A DNA stretch of 64,000 nucleotides from Chiloscyllium plagiosum (Eukaryota): NCBI RefSeq assembly GCF_004010195.1, contig NC_057721.1, positions 41,805,964-41,869,963 of the forward strand, in the 5' to 3' direction. The position numbers and the translations under genes were made by a program. Shown here one piece after another: positions 1-11,789 of this stretch; the stretch's first letter is position 1; each line of letters starts with the position of its first letter. Under the pieces are notes generated by a model that was not told where the DNA came from, searched no databases, and worked only from the letters and a program-made list of their open reading frames with translations.

Positions 1-320
1 ATAACAAAATCAGAGGGTTAGATAGGGTGGACAGTGATCTTTTTCCTCGCTTGGTGAATGCTAACACAAGGGGACATAGCTTCAAATTGAAGGGTGATAG
101 ATTTAGAACAGATATCAGGGGTAGTTTCTTTACTCAGAGAGTAGTAGGGCTGTGGTACTGCCTGCTTGCAACTCACCAATGTTAAGGGCACTTTGGACAT
201 ACATATGGATAATAATGGAATGGGGTAGGTTAGATCGGCATCAGATTAATTTCACAGATCGGCGCAACATCGAGGGCCGAAGGGCCTCTACTGTGCTGTA
301 ACGTTCTATGTTCTATGTTC
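1..320 (+). mobile_element. CR1-type LINE 3' end fragment
   Basis: Degenerate RT C-terminal sequence (TRGHSFKL-like) and CR1 3' UTR ending in (ttctatg)n tail near 304-320. Confidence 0.75.
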
Positions 321-1185
321 TGAAGGTTAACTTGCAGGTTGAGTCCGTGGTTAAGAAAGCAAATCTAATGTTGTCATTTATCTCAAGAGGACTGGAATGT
401 AAAAGCAGTGATGTGCTACTGAGACTTTATAAAGCTCTGGTTAGGCCCCATTTAGAATACTGTGTCCAGTTTTGGGCCCCACACCTCAGAAAGGACATAC
501 TGGTACTGGAGCGTGTCCCGTGGAGATTCACACGGATGATCCCTGGAATGGTAGGCCTAACATACGATGAACAGCTGAGGATCCTGGGATTGTATTCATT
601 AGAGTTTAGAAGGTTATGGGGAGATCCAATAGAAACTTACAAGATAATGCATGGCTTAGAAAGGGTGGAGGAGAAAGTGAGGACTGCAGATGCTGGAGAT
701 CAGAGCTGAAAACGTGTTGCTGGAAAAGCGCAGGTCAGGCAGCATCCTGAAGAAGGGCTTATGCCCGAAACGTCGATTCTCCTGTTCCTTGGATGCTGCC
801 TGACTTGCTGCGCTTTTCCAGCAACACATTTTCAGCTTAGAAAGGGTGGAGGCTGGAAATTTGTTTCTGTCAGGCGGGGATACTAGGACCCGTGGGCACA
901 GCCTTAGAATTAGAGGGGGGTCAATTTAAAACAGAAATGAGGAGACATTTCTTCAGCCAGAGAGTGGTGGGCCTGTGGAATTCATTGCCACGGAGTGAAG
1001 TGGAGGCCGGCACATTAAATGTCTTCAAGGCAGAGATTAATAAATTCTTAATCTCGCAAGGAATTAAAGGCTGCGGGGAGAGTGCGGGTAAGTGGCGTTG
1101 AAATGCCCATCAGCCATGATTAAATGGCAGAGTGGACTCGATGGGCTGAATGGCCTTACTTCCACTCCTATGTCTTATGGTCTTA
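321..1185 (+). mobile_element. CR1-type LINE 3' fragment, interrupted by a Penelope-derived hairpin element
   Basis: ORF 308-709 [21 protein letters not shown] and ORF 892-1101 FFSQRVVGLWNSLP are typical CR1 ORF2 C-terminus motifs; ends tcttatggtctt. Confidence 0.85.
670..837. mobile_element. Penelope-derived inverted-repeat element with minimal hammerhead ribozyme motif
   Basis: Inverted arms; core CTGAAGA-A-GGGC-TTAT-GCCC-GAAAC-GTC at 747-774; direct repeat gcttagaaagggtggagg at 654-671 and 835-852 (TSD, partly overlapping the element ends). Confidence 0.75.
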
Positions 1186-1491
1186 AAACCTCCAAAGAAG
1201 CAATTTTATTTATATATGAATTAAACTGTAACAAACAGCCATACTAATTCCCCTGGTAGGTTTTATATTAGAATGTTACACCTTAGGATGTTAACAATAT
1301 AACGTATAACTGCCTTCTCTTTCGGTACAAAGCCAGCCAGCTCATTACCAAACAAGATAATCGAGTCAATCTGATGCACACCGATCACGGATATTAATTT
1401 AATCTTTCATTCTCACTAGATGGCATATATAACCAACATCATTAAAACTGCTCAGAACTCTAGTAATAAGGAAGTAAAAGTTTGAACTCAC

Positions 1492-1590
1492 CTTGTATCA
1501 GAACCCTTATTGCTAGAATGCTACAAAACACCAGTTTTACTGTCTCTGCACAAACATTCACTGTAGCTGGTAGATAGTCATATTCATTAT
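1492..1590 (-). CDS. SLC35A5: SLC35A5 second coding exon (nucleotide-sugar transporter family); gene continues off the left edge
   Basis: AG/GT-bounded 99-nt exon encoding (D)[32 protein letters not shown], resembling human ENKYDYLPTTVNVCSELVKLVFCVL; phase 1-1 fits the upstream exon. Confidence 0.9.
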
Positions 1591-2014
1591 CTGTGAAATA
1601 TAATAAAAAGTTTTTAGTTTGTTAACCCTGACTGCAGACGATGAAAAGCTTTAAACTACAAGAATTTCACAAGAAATTGCCCTGTTCAAAAGAAATCTCC
1701 AAACAATCAACCATTAAAGCTAAACACCAGGGACAAACAATATTTGCATATTTTGTGGTAGATTTCAAACCATGGATCTAGCTAGATCTTACTAAAATGC
1801 TCCTCTTTACTGTAGTAGTTTATTTTAAGCTAGTGTAAACATAGAAATATTAAGAAATAACTACAAACTGGTGGTCAATACTTTATATCATATCTGTGAT
1901 TTTTTGCTGTCAAGCTATGCGAATATCTAGCTCTATTTGCATTCCCATTCCCTTCTCTGAGCAATGCATCATACCTAAATTCGACATGCACAGGCTTCCA
2001 GATATTTTAGAATT

Positions 2015-2760
2015 AACCTGTTCAGAGATGTTGTTTCACACCTCTGGATCAGGTGGGACTTGAATCCCAGTCTCCTGACTCAGAGGTAGGTACACCACCA
2101 GGACACCACAGGCCACCAAAGCTACAGACTTCTTTTTTTTATATAATCAACCTGTTCTGAGATGTTATTACACCCTGGAGCACATGGGACTTGACCTCAG
2201 ACCTCCCAGTCCTGGGGTAGAGATGCTACCATTACACCACAAGAAGACCTCAAACACAGACTCCTTTTATTTAATTTAACCTAATTTTCTAATCAATCTA
2301 TTCAGAAATGTAATTACACGCCTCTGGAGCAGATTGGACTTGAGCCCAGGTCTCTCTGTCCAAGTGCAGGGACACTACCACTGTCTACAAGAGGGTCCCG
2401 CCTGGATCTACTTTTTTTATACTACCACTGAGCCAAAAGTTGACCCTAGCCTATTCTATTTTTTTATTATTAATCTATTTTTTGAATCAACCTGTTCGGA
2501 AACATTATTAAACACCTTTGGAGCAGGTGGGTCTTGAACCCAGGCTTCCAGTCTAGGTGTAGGGACACTACCTCTTTGCCATAAGAGATGCCCAGCCATG
2601 GACTTGTTTTTTTTTAATTTAACCTATTTTTCTAATCGATCTGTTCAGAGATGTTATTACAAACCTCTGGATCAGGTGGGACTTAAGTCCAGGCCTTTCG
2701 GTCCAGGGATAGGGACATTATCTCTGTGCCATAAGAGGGCTCCAGACACAGACTTCCAAG
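2015..2760 (-). repeat. Tandem array of about 5 diverged tRNA-derived SINE-like units
   Basis: Repeated unit aacctgttcagagatgttattacacctctggagcaggtgggacttgaacccagg...gggacactaccac; the reverse complement has A-box-like TGGTGTAGTGG and B-box-like GGTTCAAGTCC. Confidence 0.65.
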
Positions 2761-4489
2761 GTCTCTGCAAGTATTGCTTACAGCTGCAATAGTGGCTAAT
2801 TATAACCAATGAAACAAGTACACTTGAGCTGTGCAGTCATTGAAATTTAAAACAAAACTGTACTCCCACTTTAACAAGGTTTCTATTTATAAGTAATGCT
2901 GAGTAAGCTTTGTGATCTCAGGAAGTCTGGTGTGAACAAGATATCATGGAGGATTGGATATTAAATGCCTTGACAACAATGCTCGGAGCCAAATGAAGTA
3001 GTATTTCCTATTCAAATTCCCATCTCCATGATATCTGCCAGCCTGATCCTCCCTCACTCATCGATCACCAGCTTCCAAACAGTTACAAACCCTGTGATCA
3101 AACTCTACCCAGCTGCAGCAACTATCCTGCCTTAACCACAATCTCACCAACCCCGCTAGCCAGATGCCACACACCTATCACTAACATCTCAAAGCCTCCC
3201 ATCAAATTATGGTCAATATTTTGTGAATACACCATGCTGGGATGATCTGAAACTCCAGACCATCTATTATGTTGGCTGTCAAGTAAGAAATCTGTAGAAA
3301 GGTTTTTGAAAACACTTTGCTGCTTGAGTCTGGTTATTACTGCTTGGTTGCCCATATGACTTCTCTCCCCCTCAATCAGCACATGGTTCAATAAATATTG
3401 GGGCCATTCTATCAGCAAAGTGATAGCATTGCTCATGCAAACTTCCTATCTGTAACAGAAGCATTTTGTAACATAATTTTATATACAATGAAATGTATGC
3501 CCTTTTCCAATAGTCTAAAAGAAATTGACTTGAAGAAAGTACAACTGCTGTTTTTGATGTAGTTATGTTAAATGCAACCAGACCGAAAGTCACACAAATT
3601 TGAGGCTGCTTGCTACTGCAACAAAAGATTTGCAATCATTGGGTTGTTCCTAAAAGTATAAGGAAAGTATTAAGCAAATTGTAATTGCTGAGGAATTTTG
3701 TTTTTGAAAGCATTTTTGTCTGAGCATATCTTGATGTACAAACCAATGTCAACACTACTACCTTTAACAGTAATTTAATGCAGCTTCATTACCGAGCTCT
3801 GCCCTTTCACACAGTTCACCATCTGGAACTTTTCATCAGAGGTTCCAGCATACATCTGATGTATTAATGCCTCAGAAAAGCCTTAGTTATATTTCACATT
3901 CAGATACACACTAAAGTGATGATTTTAGCAAAGAAGATCTAATTTTGGTGGCCATAATAAACTGCCGAGTGTGAATGTTTCGGATATGTTAATAAAACTA
4001 CATTACAGCAGCTAATTCTGTCAAAATAAAAAAAATATTAACTGCCATCAGTACAAGGATGCAATTTAGATCTTATGCCAGTTAGTATCTGAAAACAGTT
4101 TTATTAACAGAACCCTCATAATTTAACCAAACTCCATAACACCAAACATTTGTGCGAATTAAGTCTTCTTCAAATAGGCTCACTATCAAAAAATGATTTC
4201 CTCAATGAAAGTTTGAGTTAATGATCAACAACAGAAGAAATCTTTATAATAGTTAATGAGTGTAGACACAGATAATATCCCAAAAATACATTTTTTGCTA
4301 AGTTTTCAAAATCCTGGAATTCCCTCCAAACAGCATTGTGGGTGTACTTACACATCTAATGGATTGCCATGGTTCAAACAGGCTACTTATCACCACTTTC
4401 TGAAGGACAATGAGGGGAGGGCAATAAATGCTGGCCCAGCAAATAACACTCAGATCCCATGAGTGAATTTAGTGGGCTCATTCAAGAGC

Positions 4490-5000
4490 AGTTCTGGTCA
4501 CCCTGGTATAGGAAGGATGTTATTAAACTGGAGATGGTTCAGAAAAGATTTATCAGGTTGTTGCCAGGAATAGAGATTTTGAGATATGACTGGATAGGCT
4601 GGGACTTTTTTCACTTGACCATAGAGGTTGAGGGGTGACCTTATTGAGGTTTATAAAATCATGAGGGGCATAGATAAGGTGAATGACAAGTGTCTTTACC
4701 CTAGAATGGGGGAATTCAAAACTGGGGGCATATGTTTAAGGTGAGAGGAGTAAGATTTCATGAGGACAACTTTTTTTTATTCTTACAGAGTGGTTTGTGT
4801 GTGGAATGAACAGCCAGAGAAAGTGGAGGATGCAGGTACATTGATAACATTTAGAAAACAGTTGGATATGTTCACAAACAGAAAAGATTTGGAGGGATAT
4901 GGGCCAAACGCAGACAGGTGGGACTAGTTTAGTTTGGGAACATGGTCAGTGTGGATTGGTAGGACTGAAGGGTTTGCTTCCATGCTGTATGACTCTATAA
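4490..5000 (+). mobile_element. CR1 LINE 3' fragment
   Basis: cagttctggtcaccc...aggaaggatgtt motif through the 3' tail catgctgtatgactctat. Confidence 0.75.
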
Positions 5001-6817
5001 GAGTTTAATGTCTGAATAATGCAGCATGTGTTTTTCCTTGTTGTCTGCAGGAAAGGTAGTTCCAGACACAAGAATTTAAAATCTTCCTCAGTGTAAGGAG
5101 GTTAAGAATCCTGCAGCAAGTAACTCACTGCCTGACTTTACCTGTCCACCATCTACAGGGGATAAGTCAGGGTGTGCTGGGAGACTCCACATCTGCTTAA
5201 ATGGGTGGAGTTCCAACAATACTCAAGAAGCTCGACTGGTATACATTTACAAACATCCACTCCCTCTATCATCAATGTTCGGTGTCAGAAGTGTATACTG
5301 CCTGCAAAATGTAGTCCAGACATTTCCCAGTGCCCTTAAGTGACTGGTGTAATGTTATGCAGGTTGGCTAATTACCTAGGCTCTATTAATAAAACTATTT
5401 TCAGCTACTCGCTGACTTAAGATCTGAAACTGAATCCCTGTAATGATGGTGGTTTATTTCTTTCATAGCAGCTAGTTTTGTCAAAGTAATGTGGCATAAT
5501 GAACATGTGATCCAAACTCTCCACACTCAACAATTACTTAGGGTGATCACCAAAATTACATCAAATATAATTTTCTCCTTTGCTAAAATCCTCACTTTGG
5601 TGTCTATCTTAACGTGAAATACAATGAAGACTCTTTTAGGTATTAATACTGCCAAACCAAAGGGCAATAGCAGGACAACGGCAGTAAAAATATGAGAAAA
5701 CCACCATTTATAAGTTCCTCTCCAAGCTATTGACCATCCTGACTTGGAAATATATCACCATTCCTTCAGTGTTGTTGAATCACAATCTTGGAATTCCCTC
5801 GCTAACAGCACCGTGGGTGTACTCACACCAAATGGAATGCCACTGTTCAAACAGGCAACATACCTCCGCCTTCTGAAGAGCTACAAGGGAAGAGCAATAA
5901 ATACTGGCCCAGCCAGTGGGACTCAAATTCTCAGCTGAGTGAGCTGAGAAAAAAATTCTATAGCTAAGAGGTCAGAACTAAAAGTCATGCTCATACACTA
6001 GAAATACTTATATTATAATAATGAAGCTATTGTAGTTTTCTACTATATTTCTTACACAAATTTTAGATTTGAATATTGGCTGACAGTAAATGCATTTAAA
6101 AGCTTCATATGTAAACTAGATCAACAGGGTGTAACTGAAGGAAACTGGTGAAATGTAGCAAGGATTGTAATTGCAAGAAGTTGTTAAAGAAAGCTGGAGT
6201 GAATAAATTTCCAATTATCAATAGCAGGAAGAAAGGAAATTTTGAGAGTAAAAGATCTGTAACTTCTTTCTGATTGCTAGTCTGATTCCATCCAACAGTC
6301 CAACAATCTTTTCTTCCCTCCACAGACCAGCCTGATCCCCACATTACATCAATTTTTCCTTTCCTATTCATTGCTATACCCCAACATACATGTCCCTGTC
6401 CCCTCTCCTCATGTGCCAAGGGTACACTGTTCCTCCTGGTTTCTGAATTTTGAGCCTGGATTTCCAGGACCTATTTCTGTAATCTTGAATTGTATGCTTC
6501 TGTCACTGTCTTCCTCTTGACAGCGCTGGATTGAGAGATTGGCAGAGAACAAACAACGGCCCTCTCAACCCAACAGGCTGTCAGACAGAAAGCAGAATAA
6601 AAATAAATAATATGCTTTTACAAACATTTCCATTATTACCAGATCTCCTCCCCTGCACACAAGTGTTCCTATTCCATCCCTGTGAATATCAAGGACCATA
6701 ACATTAAAATAATTAAAGTTATCAGACTACAAATAAAACGTGGAAGATTAAATTTCAAAATATCGTGTTTAGTGATTAAGTGCAGAGCAAAGAATTGCAA
6801 AGGGCAATTGCTGGCAC

Positions 6818-6941
6818 CTTCATTAGCAGAAAGCTTCATTAGAAGAATCCGACTGCATCCGAGTATGATGTATAGTGCACCCAACACCAACGTATATACT
6901 AACGAACGGGAACAAAGGGAAGCAAAGGATTTGGAGATCAT
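6818..6941 (-). CDS. SLC35A5: SLC35A5 first coding exon
   Basis: ATG at 6941; MISKSFASLCSRSLVYTLVLGALYIILGCSRILLMKLSANE resembles human ...CSLSTMYTFLLGAIFIALSSSRILLVKYSANE; acceptor AG at 6966-6965, donor GT at 6817; head-to-head with ATG3 as in human. Confidence 0.88.
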
Positions 6942-7114
6942 TTCCAACTTCAGTACTTGAGCATCTGCCAAATAAAATTACACAAGGAAAAATAATTAGA
7001 GATCTAAACTCCCTAAAGTAGCTGCCAAAAATACTCAATGAAAATCATAATATTACAATTCTAATGTTTTTCAAGCAAATTTGGAAATACCACAATGTTC
7101 AGTGAGTTATTTGC

Positions 7115-8370
7115 ACAATCATAGAATAACAATACAGAACAAGCCCATCAGCTCATAAAATACACTACTACCTACACTAGTCCTACTGTCCACCACTAGG
7201 CCTAAATCTTTGAATGTTATGACATTTGACATGATCATCAAGTACTTTTTAAAGATTGTGAGGTTTCCCACCTGAACTACTCTCCCAGGCAGTGCATTCC
7301 AGACCCCCACCATCTTTTCCTCAAATGCCCTCTACATCTCCTGCCTTTCACCTTAAAGAAATGTTCCTTTGCTATTCATCCTTCAACTAGCAGCTTTCTG
7401 TTCTCCTATCCATGCTCCTTAATCTTATACACCTCTCTCAGGTTCCCCTCAACATTTTTTGCTCCAAAGCAAAAAACAACTTGAGTTTATCCATCCTCTC
7501 TTCATAGCTGAAATGCTCCAGGCCAGGAAAAATCTTGGTGAATCTCCTTTGCAACCTCTCCAATGCAATCACATCCTTCCCAACAGTATGGTGACTAGAA
7601 CGGTACACAGTACTCTTGCTGTGGCCTAAACAAAGTTCTGTGTAAGCTACAACACAATTTCCCTGCTATTACATCTATGTCATGACTAATAAAGGCAACA
7701 ATTTTGACTATGCCTTAACTACCCGAGTAACCTGCCTTGTCATCTTCTAGGATCTGTGGACAAACACCCCAAGATCCCTGTTTTTCTGGGTAACCTAGTA
7801 TTATTAAGTACTCCCTTGTCTTGCTTCTTCTTCCAAAGTGTATCATCAAGATTAAATTCCATGTGCCATTGATCTGCCTATCTGACCAATCCATTTACAT
7901 CTTTCTGTAACCTAACACTTTCCTCCTCACTGTCATCCACCTGGCCAAGCATTTTAACATCTGTAAACTTATCATTCCCCTTCACCCAAAATTCTCACCA
8001 ATATCATTTATGAATGTCATTAACAAGAAAGAACCCAGCACTAATCCGTGTGATATGCCACTGTACACCAGGTTCCAATAACCCCCAAACAGCCTTCTCC
8101 CATTACCTTCTGTCTCCTGTCACAAAGCAAATTTTGGACCCATCTTGCCAAGTTGCCCTGGATCTCATGAGCTGTTTCTTCTTTCCCAGTTTCCCACGAT
8201 GAACCTTGCCAAAAGCCTTAATGAAATCCATGCAGACTACATCAACCGCCCTACCCTCATCCAAATGTTTAGTCACTTCCTTGAAAATTGCACTAGATTT
8301 GGTAAGAATGACCTCCCTCTGACAAAGGCACACTGATTATACCTGCCACTCTAAATGGAGATTAATTTTA
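7115..8370 (-). mobile_element. CR1 LINE fragment (RT region to 3' tail)
   Basis: ORFs with EVTKHLDEGRAVDVVCMDFIKAF and GVWNALPGRVV; tail catagaat. Confidence 0.8.
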
Positions 8371-9149
8371 TCTTTCACTATTTTCTCCAATAATTAAGGA
8401 TTTGGGAAAAGTGGGAAGTTTTAAACTTGACCCTAACAGTTGAATAAGGATCATCATAAGGAATGTGCAACTGTGAGGCGCCCTGATCAGTGACAGCACT
8501 GACTACATAGTCAATGTAGTTCTCCACCCAGTAATTGTTCAACTCTGCTGATGGGCTCACCCGCAAGTAAGAAGTCATAAATTCCTTCACCAAACGTAAA
8601 TGCAATGTATTCCAAGCAAGACATGCTGTTTATGTCTGCGTTACATGCTGCAGGCATGCAAGGTGTGGGTTATCATTGCACTGCTCCGCCATCATTTAGT
8701 TGACCACTCAAATCATAATTTAACATCTCCAATGAAAAAAAAGATTAATTTTCTACACGTTTGAAAAGAGTTAAAGGGAAATTTATCCTTCCTTCTTTTG
8801 CATTCAACATTCCCATACTGCTGGGCTCACTGTAACTTTGCAGCCAAGCCAATAAATGCTGGGTATTTATACAGTGGCTCAGTTAGTATTTGAAACGGCA
8901 GCTCAATCTTTATGTCAAAACTCTTCTAGAGTTTTTCTATGATCTTGCTTCACATTCGATTCAGATTATGTCATATTTAGTATCATTATCTTGCAAATTG
9001 TGGAGGCCCCAAATCAAACCTTTTTGAATGGGCCCCCACAAGACAAATACTGATAATGAGTGGGATATTCTAATCTCCTACACAAGCTGTCTTACAATCT
9101 TTGAACATAATTACTAAACATATGAATTGATTCATTTTTTTAAAAAATT

Positions 9150-10290
9150 CATTCATAAATTGTGGTTTTTGTTGGTTAAGCTGGCATTTATTGTCCAACC
9201 CTAAATGCTTAGGATGATGAGCTGTCTTCTTGAACTACTTCAGTACTTCACATGCAAGAACACTTGTAATGCTTGCAAGACAGCTTGCAGGTGGTGATGT
9301 TTCTATACATCTGCTGCCTCGTTTTTACGTATCCGGTAGAAATAACAAATACAAGCTATTTTACTCTACTCTACCTTGCCCTTCTAGAAAGTAGGGTTCG
9401 CAGGTTTGGGAAGTGCCATTGAGGGAGTGTTGTTGAGCTGTTGCTGTACATTTTTTAGATGGTGGAGACTTTTGGCACTGTGTGTTGACGATGAAGGAAG
9501 TTAATGTTGATGGCAGTGGATGATGTGGCAATCAAGCATCCGCTTTGTCCTCGAGGATGTCAAGCTTCTTGAGTATCCAGTGCCTTCAGCCATTTATTGA
9601 TATCACTTGGAGTTAAGCAAATAGGTTGAAGACTGGCATCTGTGATGCTGGGGACCTCGAACTGAGACAAAGATGATCATCTACTTGGTATTACTGGTTG
9701 AAGACTGATGCAAATATTTCAGCCTGGTCTATTACACTGACATGCTGAGTTTCCCCATTGTTGAGAATGAGGGTATTTTTACATCCTCCAGTGAGTTGAT
9801 TAACTATTCACCATCATTCACAATTGAATGTAGCATAACTTTGGAGCTTAGATCTGGTCTGTTGGGATTCCCTTAGCACCTATCTAATGCATGGTGCTTC
9901 CTCTGTTGGGCATAAAAATAGTCGTGTGTTGCAGCTTCACCAGGGTGATGCCTCATTTTTAGGAGTGCTGCTCTTTCATACCTTCCTGCATTCTTCAATG
10001 AAAGAAGGTTGATTTTCCAGCTTCATGATAATGTAATGGGGGGGATATGTGGTGCGATAAGGTTACAGACTACGGTACTAATTCTGCTGCAACTGATGGC
10101 TCACAGTGCCTCATGGATGTCCAGCTTCAATTTGCTAATTCTGTTCACATTTTGTCCCATTTAGTATGGATAAGCCACAAAACATGATAGAAGGTATCCT
10201 AAATGTCAAACTGGGACTGTCTCCACAAAATCCTTATTGGTCTCTCTTATAAATATGGTCATGGGCAGATGCATCTGCACAGGGAGAACA
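9150..10290 (-). mobile_element. Degenerate LINE remnant
   Basis: Shares attcattcat...gcatttattg(t/c)cca.ccct 3'-end motif and body with copies near 12820-13100 and 34030-34900. Confidence 0.5.
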
Positions 10291-11433
10291 GGTGAGGACA
10301 GTGTTGTGGGAGTATATATACCAACTAAGGGTTAGGGCTAGGCAGCACTCACCACGTGTTGAAATTCAGTCAGAGATGGGCAATAATTACCAAACTAGCC
10401 AGCAATGCTCACATCACACAAACAAATGGAAAAAAATCTGATTACAAATGTTCTCTACGCTCTTCTGATTCTTTAGCATATCTGATATCAATCACTCGAT
10501 CACTGCAGCCTTTAGCTAACTAGATCCTATCTGAAATTCTCTTTCTCCAACTCTCCACCTCAATTTCTCCTTCTAAGGCACTCCTTAAAACCTAACTGGT
10601 CAAGTGAATCAATACCTCTTCGTATGGATCAGCATCATGTTGGGTTGTAATGCTCCTTTAATACTTTTGATTATTATATACATTAATACATGTTGTTTTG
10701 AGGTAGAATTTTGGTACTCAGGCAGTGATGGGAATCTGGAATTCAGTGAAATGATGGTAGGGACAGAAACCCTCATTGCATTTAAAAATTAGACACGAAA
10801 GCTGAAGCTAGGATCAAATGGATAACTCTTTAGCCTTAGCTAATGAGCCGAAAGGCTTATTTTAGTGTAAAAATAATTAACGTTTCACATGGCTGATTAA
10901 ACCACGTACAGACTAACCTATTTCTTGAGGAGGTTGGTGGCACAGTATCAAGGTTAGAATGACCGTGTTATATAACATATGGAATGGACTGGTGACAACT
11001 GACAGAAGCAAGTATCTGGTGCCCGACAGCAATAACAAACCAAGAGGCAGTAATTCACGTGAACTACAAAGACAACCTGTTTCCAAGACAATGCACCAAC
11101 AACCTTTACTCTCAGGGGCAATCCTCAACAGAACAGCTGCCACAAGAAACTCTCACAACTTGAGGTCTTCCACACCCACCTATAAAAGCTATTACCACCC
11201 CAGCGGCTCATGCCAGGTTGACCAAACGCGGCCCATGTTAAACCTGTCACGTTAACACACCTAAACCAGGTGAGAGACACAAACACAACAACCCACAGCA
11301 TTTAACTAGCACCTGGACAGGGAAGCTGCCATCACCGAGTCTGCCACACAGGCTGCTGTTTGCCAGCCTGACTCCTCTGGACTGAAGCCGATACAGAGAC
11401 AAGCCCAGTTGCCTGGCATGGCCTGGCCTGTAC

Positions 11434-11717
11434 CTGAGAGTTTGATGGAGGACTCCAAGGGGCTGCGTCCTCCCCGAGAGATGTCTCACGACGCTCCAGC
11501 CGGCCCGGGCACTGCGCCTGCGCCTGCGACGCATGCCCTCAGTGACATCATCACGCAGGGCCCGCGTTGAGCCTCGAGACTTGCGTCGGCCGCGCATGTG
11601 CGGGCGCAGTTGCGGAACTTGAGCTGGGAGTGGAGGGAGAGTCAGTGAGTGAGCTCCTGGAGCAGAGCTGCTGACGCTCACTGACTGCTGCATGCTCAAA
11701 CCGAGAGGGGAGGCGAC
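11434..11717. promoter_or_regulatory. CpG-rich bidirectional promoter / 5' UTR region shared by SLC35A5 and ATG3
   Basis: Clear CpG-dense island in an AT-rich background; NRF1-like GCGCCTGCGC (11514-11523) and CGCGCATGTGCG (11591-11602); CRE-like TGACATCA (11543-11550); candidate minus-strand donor CAG|GTACAG at 11433 for a non-coding SLC35A5 exon 1. Confidence 0.7.
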
Positions 11718-11789
11718 ATGCAGAACGTCATTAACACCGTCAAAGGGACTGCACTCGGTGTGGCAGAGTTCCTGACGCCCGTACTTAAG
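11718..11789 (+). CDS. ATG3: ATG3 exon 1
   Basis: [24 protein letters not shown], donor GTGAGT. Confidence 0.96.

Noticed and set aside
11247-11699. 150-aa minus-strand ORF across the promoter
   Set aside because: GC-rich CpG-island ORF with no recognisable homology; SLC35A5 coding similarity begins at 6941.
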